Part shown: piece by piece, positions 1-10,499 of the stretch
How the letters are laid out: each line of letters starts with the position of its first letter
How positions within the stretch are numbered: the first letter of the stretch is position 1
DNA from: Macrostomum lignano
Lineage: Eukaryota
Direction: 5' to 3'
Length of the DNA stretch: 64,000 nt
Assembly (NCBI GenBank): GCA_002269645.1
Contig: NIVC01001993.1
Span: 62,001 to 126,000, forward strand
Made by a program: the position numbers and the translations under genes
The notes under the pieces: generated by a model
What the model was told of the DNA's origin: nothing
What the model saw: the letters and a program-made list of their open reading frames with translations, nothing else
Database searches by the model: none

Positions 1-3000
1 AGTTCCAGAAATGATAATCCGCTTTGAGCGCAACACAGGGGCAGCTCGACCGCTTCGCCTTCGGTTTCGACGGAGACTGCTACCGCCATGCCTTAGTGCA
101 AATAGTCTTGGAACTCGACTGACTATGCGCTTCACAATGCGGCGGCTTTTCGTTGATGTTCGAGTAATCTTTGATCGACTAATCAGCTTCCTGCGCAACA
201 CTCGTTTCGTGAAGCGTCGCTTCTTAAGAACAAGCCGTCGGACCTTGCGCTCCTGCCGACGCGTCTTTCTGCGCACTGAACTTATTCGACGGCGAAGACG
301 TTGCTTCCGATTGGAGATTCTACGAATTCGGGTCTTTAGGACGCGCCTTCGACGGCGAAGACGTTGCTTCCGATTGGAGATTCTACGAATTCGGGTCTTT
401 AGGACGCGCCTTCGACGGCGAAGACGTTGCTTCCGATTGGAGATTCTACGAATTCGGGTCTTTAGGACGCGCCTTCGACGGCGAAGACGTTGCTTCCGAT
501 TGGAGATTCTACGAATTCGGGTCTTTAGGACGCGCCTTCGACGGCGAAGACGTTGCTTCCAATTGGAGATTCTACGAATTCGGGTCTTTAGCTGGACGCG
601 CCTTCGACGGCGAAGACGTTGCTTCCGATTGGAGATTCTACGAATTCGGGTCTTTAGGACGCGCCTTCGACGGCGAAGACGTTGCTTCCGATTGGAGATT
701 CTACGAATTCGGGTCTTTAGGACGCGCCTTCGACGGCGAAGACGTTGCTTCCGATTGGAGATTCTACGAATTCGGGTCTTTAGGACGCGCCTTCGACGGC
801 GAAGACGTTGCTTCCGGTTGGAGATTCTACGAATTCGGGTCTTTAGCTGGACGCGCCTTCTTTTATACTTCACAATTCGTGAAGTACAGGTCGATAGTTT
901 GTAAGTCAGTCGCTTGATACCTGGTACCAGTATTGATTCGGCTGATCCTGTTTATTATCACAACTTTACTCTTTGTCTTCGAGGACAAGAGTCTTCGCAC
1001 TATTAACTTTTTCCTCTTCAATTGTTTGAGTCGCTCGATGAGATTCTTCGTTTTTTATCGGCTCTCCTGATGCACCGCCTCATTCGACGTCTCCTGGCCT
1101 TGATTCTGCGGATTCTTCGCTTTAGTTGAACGCTGCGTCGTCCAGTGACAAGAACTCGGTGTCTGCTGGCCAGCACTCTGACTTTAGCACGTGCGATTCT
1201 CTTATATATTTTCTTGATTTGTCTCACAGAACGTTTTTTGGCGATTTTTCTGTTAGTAGCAATCATTTTTTTGCTTTTTTCGTCGCTTTCCTTCCTTGTT
1301 TGAGATGATTACCAAGCTGTTTCGTTCTGCTCAGGTACAAAACGCGCTTGGTCAGTCGGATCTTCGCCTGTCGCACTGCGTAGCGCAAGACCCTTGCATT
1401 AGTGGCATTTTACTTTACGATTCGCCTCTGAAATCGTTTCAGCAGCGTGTTAAAACAGACTTTTCTTCTCTGAGTCTTCTTCTTGAGCATTAGCACCCGT
1501 TTCTTGAGTCGCTGTCGCCTGCTCGTAATGCGGCGAATCCTTGCCTTCAACTGTATGTTTCTTCTAGACACTCTCTGAAGCCGTCTTGTATACCTGGCGA
1601 TTTGTCGGGACACCAGATTTGTCTTTCTTTTATTGGGGGTTAGAATGCGCACCGACATTCTAGATTTCTTCTTCTGAATAGTTCCTAATTTGAGCAGAGT
1701 TAGGCGCTTAATAAGAAGTGCTCGCTTATTGCTGATTTTTGCCATGTACTTTTTAACAGTTGCTCTTCTTTGAGTGATGCGTTGAATACTGCGCCTCAGA
1801 TATCGCGTCTGTCTCTTAAGGCGACCAACTCGTCGCTTAGTGACGAGAATTCTTCGAATTATGCGCTCTACTCTTTTGTTAACATTCTTCAACTCTTTTG
1901 CTGCACGCTTGGCTATCTGTCTCAGCTTTCTGCTCTTGCCGATCAGAACAAATGGCTTCTTTATGACCTTCTTTCGCCGGTAAATTCTCCTACCTGCCCT
2001 TGATGTAACCTTCAAATTGTTTTTCTCAATGCGTTCATTGTCTTTTTACCACTAAGCTTCCATTGGATATTCCTGACTAAAATCCTCTTATACAAACGGC
2101 TCACAGTTCGATCTTGTCTAACAATTCTGCGCTGGATTATACGCGCTCTGGCCCTCAAGACTCTGCGCCTGCGAATGGCTCTATTGATGCGTCTTCTCAG
2201 CCGAATTCTTCGCACGCGCAGCCGTCGAATGCGCCGACCGCAAACGGATATTTTCCTCACAATTTGTCTGAAAGCATTTTTTGGTCCTCGTTTTGTCTGG
2301 ACTCGTTTCAGCTGCTTCAACAGCTTTCTGCGACAGATTTTTATCACCGTTACTCGCCGTTTCAGAACGCGAGCGCGATGCGTAATTTTTTTGACACGTC
2401 GCTTCAACACAATTCAGCGTTTCTGAATTCGAAGGATTCTACTTCGGTTGACAAGCTTTCTCCGGGCAGCGCTGGTGACTCTCTTGGCCAGTCTGTGGAA
2501 TGTCTTAACCACTCTAGATACTGTTCGCCTCCTGTGCATACCAGTCAGCCTTCGAGTGACAACAACTCGGCGAGAGCGGCGCCGTCCTTTTGAAGCCGTT
2601 CTTCTTCTGCGCTTGGATTGAACTAGCTTGGTTTTACGCCTCAGCACTCGGCTAGATTGTCTTTCAACCCGGAAAAAGGTTCTGCGACTGACAAGTTTTC
2701 GTTTAATCACGCCTCTAGTAAATCTCCGCTTTTTTCTGTTCAGCTTTCTGAACGTTTTAAGCTGACGTCGAGCCTTTCTTCGCAAAATCGAGCACCGTTT
2801 CCTTAGCGTTTGTCGACGGATAGAGAATTTAATAATTCTCTGCTTTATTCTGACTTTTCTTTGCTTCAAATGGAAGATATTTTTTGTGCACTTCGTAATG
2901 CGTTTTGCCAGCTGGCGCAAGCGCCTATCAATTCGAACAGTCTTACGCGTGACGTTCTCGATAACTGATCCCTTCCTCATGTTTTTGATGATAGCTTTTT

Positions 3001-4958
3001 TGCGTTTGAGCTTCTGCATCCGTTGAATCAATCGCGAGCGCCTGGCCCTGACCAGGGTAATTCGTCGTTTCAACCGTCGCCTCTTCGAGATGATCCTCCT
3101 CAAACGGCGTCTCAGAGAACGTCTACGCCTTCGAATGCGTCGAACAGTGCGCCTCTGCTTCAAACTGATGAGTAGTGCTCTCTTGGCTTTGACAACCAGG
3201 CGCTGAACTTTTTTAATCACTCTTGTACGGCTGACTCTCCGGCTCTTCCGTTGCGCTCGGTGTCGATTTACTTTTGTTCGTCGCCTTCGACTGAGACGCC
3301 TTTTTACTTCTGGACGACGACGTCTACTAATTTTTCAAATCTTCTTATTAGCTTGCGTCTTGTCTGTTTTGCCACCCTCAACTTAGAAATTTGCCTGATT
3401 TTTTTGCCCCGTTTCGACGGTCGACCAGATTTTGTATACCCACGGATCCGGTTTTTCTTCTTGATGAGTTGCCTTCGCTGTCTCAGCACTCTTCGACGGT
3501 GCAGTCGCCAACGCTTGCTGGTTGTTACGGGCCTAATGCGCCTTCTGGGTTGGTATCTAGTACGCCTTCTTAGAAGTCTGAGAACCGGTCGTCGGCTTTT
3601 CAAAATTCGCCTAACAATTCGTCTAATCTGTCTGTTGTACTGTCTACCTCTCCTACTGCCACTCCGGTGCTTTACTTGGCGTAGAATCCTTCTCAGCCTT
3701 CTTCGTAGAGGTTTTCGATAACGCCGAATCAAGCTGCGGACAATTTTACGGCTTCTTCCGCGCCGAACATTGCCTACCCGACTTTGGAAGTGTCTCACAA
3801 GCGCTTTGATTTTGCGCCGTAGTACATGACGTCTTCCACGACCCCTGCACCACTTGTGAATTATCAGTCTACGGAGTTGACGGTCAACCTGAGTAACTAC
3901 GTAACGCCGGGTCTTTCTCTTCTGCTGTCTCAATCTTCTGTCCATCTCTCTTCTCACTTTCCTTTGATATTTCCTCAAAATTCGTCTGGTTATTTGGTCG
4001 ACTCGAGGAGACCTCAGCCGTCTCAGGTCTCGTCTTAGTCTTTGGCATTTGCAGATGGTCTTTCCGTGAATGAACGGCCTTAGCCTGATTGGTTTTCTAG
4101 CGATTCTCTCCGCCTTCTTTGAGATGATACCTTTTCTGAAGAAGGCCTTCTGCACTAAGCGAATCCTTCGATTCGACAGAGGCTTCACTTTCAGCTTTCG
4201 CATAACCTTTCGCTGATACCTCTTCGTAACTTTTCTGAGCTTCCTTTTAAACAACTTCCTCACCTTTTGCACACGGCGCTTAAATCTCGAAATTCGGCGT
4301 CGAATTCTGCGCTGGTGCCGGGTTCTCTTCTCCGCCAGCTGCTGGCGACGAAGCTGCAGCTTCAAGAGGAGCAGTTTCGTGTCGTATTGCGCTTTGTAGT
4401 ACCTGCGGGCAGCCTCCATGATTTTTCGTTTGTTGATGATGCACGCCTGCGACTGTGAAGATTCTGCAAATCAAGCCGATGGTTCGAGCACACTATAGTT
4501 CGTATAAAAAAAGCATTTGAATTGACAACTACCGATGAACTGAACCCTGAACAAACTCTTTAATTGACAAGTTGGTTCTTCAATCCATCTTGCATGGAAG
4601 CGAATGATTTTTAACAAGAATGATACTACTTAAACAGACTACTGAATACGTCACATGAGCATTTGGTATAATTGTGTTTGCGATGGTGTATGCAGATTAT
4701 GCAGCGAAGAATTCAAAGCAATGCAAAGAAAACCCGGTCCCGATTTACTCGATCGATTTGCATCCTTTGGCTTCAGTTATTGGTCACATGTACACAGTAA
4801 CTTGGTTATTAAGATTGGATATTTTTGGACTAATCACCAAATATAATCATATTTAGGTTGTACTTACTCAATTCGGGTGCTTTCACGCTGGCACCGGCAG
4901 CAAAAGTGGCTGCTCCGACGCAGAGCACCAACAATAACAGCAGCGATTGGACTTGCAT
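1..4958 (-). CDS. Giant secreted Arg/Lys-rich (polycationic) protein, adhesive-protein ap1-like KR region; 3'-partial and frame-disrupted in this sequence
   Basis: Exon 1 4958-4868 reads MQVQSLLLLLVLCVGAATFAAGASVKAPEL (signal peptide) followed by A|GTAAGT (phase 1). The acceptor TTTGCAG| before 4463 restores frame: K-SSQSQACIINKRKI-MEAARRYY, joining ORF 3304..4419. ORFs 3304..4419, 2414..3220, 2012..2410, 1410..2015 and 1018..1266, plus an unlisted open minus frame from about 925 to 1, form one continuous R/K-rich polypeptide of about 1500 codons (about 41 R+K in the first 100 aa of ORF 3304..4419, counted by hand). It is broken by frameshifts near 3333, 2020-2047, 1266, 1053 and about 930, and by stops at 2414-2416 (TGA) and 1410-1412 (TAA). 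Confidence 0.8.
287..860 (-). repeat. Coding 63-bp tandem repeat, about 9 copies (21-aa unit RRRVLKTRIRRISNRKQRLRR)
   Basis: Unit starts on the + strand at 287, 350, 413, 476, 539, 605, 668, 731, 794. The only length variants are +3 nt (VQLK), so frame is preserved. Confidence 0.9.
4868..4958 (-). CDS. Signal-peptide exon 1 of the KR-rich gene
   Basis: ATG at 4958-4956, hydrophobic core LLLLLVLCVGAA, small-residue cleavage region, consensus GTAAGT donor at 4867-4862. Not in the ORF track (too short). Confidence 0.8.
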
Positions 4959-6168
4959 CCTGCCGCTGTGCCGCCTACCTTCCTAAGCTTATTCTCAAAG
5001 AATCTCAGCCCTTTTTAGCACTAAGGACACTGTAATATAGACCAGAGTTGAACCAAGAGTCACTGAGCAATGCAACCGAGCAAAACGGTAGACCAATATA
5101 TACTTGAATTCTCTACACTGTCTATCCATAGTCCCATCCGTAGCTTTGAATTTCTGCGTCTACAGAAATATGCGGGCTGGTGGCATGCAAAGTGGCGCAA
5201 CTCACAGTATGTTTAACAGTTACGGTGGTACTTCCAAGTAGCCTCTGTTAGGGACTACAAAAGCAGTTCGTTCCGGATCTGGCTTGTCTGAGCTGCTATC
5301 CCTCTGGCTCTGCCTCTAGCCATGGGGGCTTCACCGCTGTCCTCCAACCAAGCATTCCGCTTCTTCTAGGAGGGATCAGGCACTGCCGAGCAGAAGCAGG
5401 TGTCCAGCAAGATCCTAGGGGTTGCGTTGTTGACTTCTTTCGGACAAAAAAGCCAAGCTGATATAGCTAGGCGAGTCTGGCGGACGCTTGGCTCAACCAG
5501 TTTAGACCTGAATTACAAGTAATCTCTAATGATTGTTGAGCACCGCGCGGCGTCGCCGTCGAACTCTATGAGTCTTTCGGCGATGTCACTAGTATCAAGT
5601 TTTGACTGTCTTCGGTGTGATCCGCTTCTGTAGCTTCTAGAACTAGGCTCGACAGACTTACACGTATCTATAGCCGATGAATCATAATTAGTCTTTTCAA
5701 CTTATCTAAATACATTTCTCAACTTCTCAAGGGGTTTAAATTTCTTGTATTTACGAGCTACTACGTGTGTCCTCCAGGGCTCATATTCTTGACTGCTACT
5801 CATAGTAGCACAATCATCAGTACTTATAGTGGAGTGCATATACATTGACTAGAAATGCCTTAGGGTTCAACTGTTCCAGTTTGAGAGAAAAGGAGCACAA
5901 TGGCAGGTGGCCCACTGAGAATAGCTGACCAGATGTACATTGTAGCTGCTGGGCCAGAGTACACGCCCACGTGTATTTTTATCGACAGCTTCTCACCAAA
6001 ACTTCTTACCCCGGGGGGCATGGTTGGCGGCTAAGTTGCTTAGCAACTCAAGCCAGTTGGCGCTGTTTTAAACTGAGCGTATTCCTATATATTTTACAGC
6101 GGGAGAATTTATACAGTCAAATTAATAATTGAATTTTATTGATAGCTTGTGATAATTTTACGTGCATA

Positions 6169-7601
6169 ATGGCCAAGAAGACTGGTAGAGATACGGAGCC
6201 GTACACTGGATTCGTTGAGGACCGTGAGTAGCTTTCGATTTGATTGAGATTTTAACTCATAAGATAAAAGACGTACGATAGCTAGTACATCTATCGGTCT
6301 TTGGTTTTTGGGAGTTTTCTGGAGTTTTCGCTCTCAAGAGGAATGGTCAAGAGGAAGGGATAGCTACCAACTGGAAGGTCTTTCAGTGGTAGCTCTCCGA
6401 ATGGTCAGGAGGAATGGATAGCTACCAACTGGAAGGTCTTTCAGTGGTAGCTCTCCGAATGGTCAGGAGGAATGGATAGCTACCAACTGGAAGGTCTCTC
6501 AGTGGTAGCTCTCGGAATGGTCAGGAGGAATGGATAGCTACCAACTGGAAGGTCTTTCAGTGGTAGCTCTCCGAATGGTCAGGAGGAATGGATAGCTACC
6601 AACTGGAAGGTCTTTCAGTGGTAGCTCTCCGAATGGTCAGGAGGAATGGATAGCTACCAACTGGAAGGTCTTTCAGTGGTAGCTCTCCCAGCGGTCAGGA
6701 GGGGGGATAGCTACCAACTGGAAGGTCTTTCAGTGGTAGCTCTCCCAGCGGTCAGGAGGGGGGATAGCTACCAACTGGAAGGTCTTTCAGTGGTAGCTCT
6801 CGGAATGGTCAGGAGGAATGGATAGCTACCAACTGGAAGGTCTTTCAGTGGTAGCTCTCCCAGCGGTCAGGAGGGGGGATAGCTACCAACTGGAAGGTCT
6901 TTCAGTGGTAGCTCTCCGAATGGTCAGGAGGAGGGATAGCAACCAACTGGAAGATCTTTCAGTGGTAGCTCTCGGAATGGTCAGGAGGAATGGATAGCTA
7001 CCAACTGGAAGGTCTTTCAGTGGTAGCTCTCCCAGCGGTCAGGAGGAGGGATAGCTACCAACTGGAAGGTCTCTCAGTGGTAGCTCTCGGAATGGTCAGG
7101 AGGAGGGATAGCTACCAACTGGAAGGTCTTTCAGTGGTAGCTCTCCGAATGGTCAGGAGGAGGGATAGTAGCAACCAACTGGAAGGTCTTTCAGTGGTAG
7201 CTCTCCGAATGGTCAGTAGGAGGGATAGCAACCAACTGGAAGGTCTTTCAGTGGTAGCTCTCCGAATGGTCAGGAGTATTCCGGGATAGCTACCAATTGG
7301 AACGGCCTAGTGGTTAAATCGCTGACTGGAGCACCAACGCAAGAAACGTACTTTCTCTACAGCGCAGCTGGAATTCTACGGACCGCCAAAGAGCCTGTTC
7401 TACACTACGTCGAGCGGGATGCAGTGCAAGCGTTATTACTGCAGCACCTGCGGCCCGCTGCACCGGGTTCAACAGTGCTCATCTCAGCGCACCATGGAGT
7501 ACATGAACGGGACCACGCTGCCAGACGCTCTATGGAAAAGTCGTCAAGCCTATCGCATTGACGAAGCGGTTCAGCAGAGCAGGCCGCAGGGCAATCAGTA
7601 G
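6169..7601 (+). CDS. Small 97-aa Cys-containing protein, two exons (6169-6223, 7363-7601), function unknown
   Basis: ATG GCC AAG AAG ... GAC C|GTGAGT (phase 1) joins CTTTCTCTACAG|CG to give MAKKTGRDTEPYTGFVEDPQLEFYGPPKSLFYTTSSGMQCKRYYCSTCGPLHRVQQC...QGNQ*. Codons are GC3-rich and an AT-rich 3' region follows. Confidence 0.6.
6355..7295. repeat. 58-bp minisatellite, about 16 copies, each containing a ~40-nt hairpin
   Basis: Unit GATAGCTACCAACTGGAAGGTCTTTCAGTGGTAGCTCTCCGAATGGTCAGGAGGAATG, period 58 (6359 to 6417). Lies inside the intron of the 97-aa gene. Confidence 0.95.
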
Positions 7602-7959
7602 TGTCCAAAACTGTTAAGTGGCATCTTAACAGCTGTATAACGCAGAATGCCGAAGACAACAATAAACTAATGCATGCTTTCCTACCGCATGGACGAGTGC
7701 GCATATGTTTTCTGCCAGTTTCTACCATAATAAAAAATAGATGTGTAAAATATAATTAATAACTATTAGAGTCTAATCCCTAACTTTCCTGCGAGATTTG
7801 TTTACTGTCTTTTACATGTACGTTCGATAACATACATATGTAGCTTCGTACATGTATTTTATTCATACTGATCCATCATGTGTACATGTATATGCCATCG
7901 ACCCAGGATGTTTTTTCTACGAGTACACAAACGAGTAAATTCGATCAATAGCAAAATAG

Positions 7960-8199
7960 CGACAGCAACAATGTGCATTTTACGAGCTCGTAGCATTCAA
8001 TGACAAGAACAACAACAAAATTCGCTGTCAGTACGTCTTAAAACCAGAGCACCGTCAAGCAGAGCGCACCCCAAAGCTCAGCAGGTCTTGCAGACAGTCA
8101 AGAAATGCCGAGTGCGTGCTTATCTTCGCCGGTAAGGGTGCCTGCAACGTCAGCATCCCGTTTGTGGGCATTGTGGGCGCGGATGATGTGGCCTACTGA
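7960..8199 (+). CDS. Putative last two coding exons of an unidentified small gene (7960/7966-8030, 8094-8199)
   Basis: CA|GTACGT donor (phase 2), 63-nt intron and TTGCAG|A acceptor give QQCAFYELVAFNDKNNNKIRCQQSRNAECVLIFAGKGACNVSIPFVGIVGADDVAY*. The last exon is strongly GC3-biased. No upstream exon found. Confidence 0.35.
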   Translation, partial: RQQQCAFYELVAFNDKNNNKIRCQYVLKPEHRQAERTPKLSRSCRQSRNAECVLIFAGKGACNVSIPFVGIVGADDVAY

Positions 8200-9754
8200 A
8201 GTGATCTTAATTTAAGCATGTTATGCCCAATGTTATTTTTTAGTCTAATGCAACCTTCAGAAGGTTTTCCTATCAGGAAAGCACAGCACATGCTTGTGCG
8301 GCAGTAAAGATCTGATTGAGTGAAGCGAACACCAATGAAATGCGTTATAGAAATCATATATATACTAGCGTTCAGTGAGAATGAAGCCAATCTCCGCCTT
8401 CGTCCGCCCTTGTCCGCTCTCGTCCCCTTTGCGCCTCGCGCCTCGCGCCTCGCCCTCTCGCCGCACTCGGTTCTCCGCCTCTTTGCTTCCTAAACTGCTC
8501 CACTAGCTTGCCCCAAAAATCGGGCCTGAACTCTAATATCCTGATCTAACAGAGATAAATCCGGACAAACGTCAATTCGTGCAACAATATCGATAAGTAG
8601 CCTGTGGCTCCATTTTCACTGAATTGCTTAACAAATTTGCGTAATTGCGTGATCAATATCCTATTAGGAATTGCTGCTACATTGATTAGTAATAAACATC
8701 TTGTTGAAGGTTAGAGATCGAGAGAAACAAATCGAACCTCCGACTTATTTAATTCAACAGAAACATCGAGATTATAGACATCGTCAAAGAGAGGGGCCCA
8801 CCCCCGCAACACATTATTCTAAAACATTTGACTACCAGCTGGCTTAGACAAGGTGGCTTAGACCAATCAAGCAGGCGCGGTGATACAGTACCACATGCAT
8901 CGTCGCAGCAGAAGCTGTTGTCGTTTGGTAGGAAAAGGGGTCTGCACTAATACCGACCCGTTGTGGTACATCGATCGCCATTATGGCAGAACGCAGAAGC
9001 CAGCGTTATGCCCCCAGAGCTGTACGATAGGGAGTATACCTTGACAAATCGAGTCGAAGGCACTCTTGAAATCGATATGAAGATGGCATTATATCTTCTA
9101 GCATGTACATATGCAATAGGTATCTGTTATTTTTAGAGCCTTGAAATATTATTGCAAGTTTACTAATTCACGAAAACATGAATAAAATTATAAAAATAAC
9201 ATATTTAATAATTACAATCGATATTATAACCTGTGGAAGCCGATTGAAAATTTCAATATGAAGTTTTGCATTGCCTGTGGCCTTATGAAGGTGGTTTGTT
9301 TCACGAAGCTTACCAGCAAGATCATTTTGAAGTTTTGTTAAGTCCCTGAGTTATGTACGTCATGATAAAGAACTAGCTAGCTTCAAACGATAATACCGAT
9401 ATAATAAATAAAACACCATGCTCAAAAAAATCTGGCTCGCTCAGGAATGAAATCACTTGGGAGTCGACTAGGCCTGTTTAACAAAATTTATTTTGCTTAT
9501 TCCTCATTTTTTAATTAAAAGCCCTTAATCAGATAACGCCCACATTTGGCTTTACGATTAAAGTCTGTTAATTACACTTGGATTTTACGAGCGTATAAGT
9601 GCATCGAGTTGCACTGCTTTAACTTTTCAAACTGTTTTCTTTGAAAATAACAGTTTGCGCGCGCAGCATATTATATTGAATAGTCTCACACAACTACACA
9701 ACTAACAAAATCCAAATCTATACATTTATAATGATTACGTTTTACGTTTCTACA

Positions 9755-9935
9755 TGTACCTGTCGTTGCCGGGGTGGCGTCGGGATGGGATGCCCCAGAA
9801 TTCAGAACTAGGCCCATCCCTGACCCCAAGTCCATATACTAAAAATGGTCTGTCGGTATGTGTGTGTGTGTATGTGTGTGTGTGTGATCGATTTTAGCAA
9901 AAACGGCTCAACCGATTTTCTTCGAACTTGCACTG
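9755..9935 (+). mobile_element. Helentron/DINE-1-like (HINE) non-autonomous element fragment
   Basis: GC-rich inverted repeat (GTCGGGATGGG...CCCATCCCTGAC), then GTCTGTC plus a (GT)n microsatellite, then AAAAACGGCTCAACCGATTTTCTTCGAACTTG, resembling the core motif of such elements from memory. Confidence 0.45.
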
Positions 9936-10499
9936 TTCGATCAGAAATTTTCCCGTGACAGTACATGCATCGTGGCTAAGAAATTGCTTGATGCTAAAGG
10001 GATTAAATATTCGAAAAACATGCTTTTTTGCAAAGGTCAAGCAGCTCTTTCGACTTGAAATGCATCGTAAGAATGCTAGCAGAAAAACTGACTGGTTGAA
10101 TTCTGATTCTGAAATAGATTGCATCACAATACACTTTATTTATCGTCTGTGTACTGGCTGAATTTGACACTCAATTGAATTGCGTCACAGCTTTGAGTGT
10201 GAAAGCATAGCGCAGTACTGAATTTATATTACGTAACCATTATAGACACTGGTACTGACTTGCCTAAGAAATTGATTATGTCATAACTGCTTCGTGAGAC
10301 TTTTTACTCTACCTGACTTGGTGTGAGTGTTGAATTATATAAGTGGTACAACATCACTGATAACTTCGATGAGAGCTAGCCTAGAGCTGAACAGACCAGA
10401 CTGCTAATGCAGCGACCTAGGTTCGAATCTAAGTAGTTTAAAAGTAGTAGTGTAAATTTTTTTATTAAAAGGTTTTATTAAAGGACTAAATAAAAACAC

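Noticed and set aside
11-904. 297-aa Arg-rich plus-strand ORF (also 2175..2426 and 3251..3721)
   Set aside because: Antisense shadow. It is offset so that the palindromic CG of minus-strand CGN Arg codons also reads as Arg. The minus frame is open to the window edge and continues the signal-peptide gene.
1389-1413. A 21-nt micro-intron (GTAAAA...CAAG) removing the TAA at 1410
   Set aside because: The shortest confident introns here are about 70 nt; 21 nt is implausible.
1018-4419. Five separate protamine- or histone H1-like genes
   Set aside because: The ORFs join into one frame-disrupted exon downstream of a signal-peptide exon, which points to one secreted protein.
4674-4856. PIYSIDLHP resembles the HIRA WD40 N-terminus
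   Set aside because: No further similarity; it lies antisense within intron 1 of the KR gene.
6355-7295. CRISPR array
   Set aside because: Eukaryotic context, near-identical linkers and no cas genes.
10378-10432. tRNA-Ser(GCT)-like sequence (GACTGCTAAT...GGTTCGAATC)
   Set aside because: The acceptor and D stems do not close; at most a SINE head or relic.
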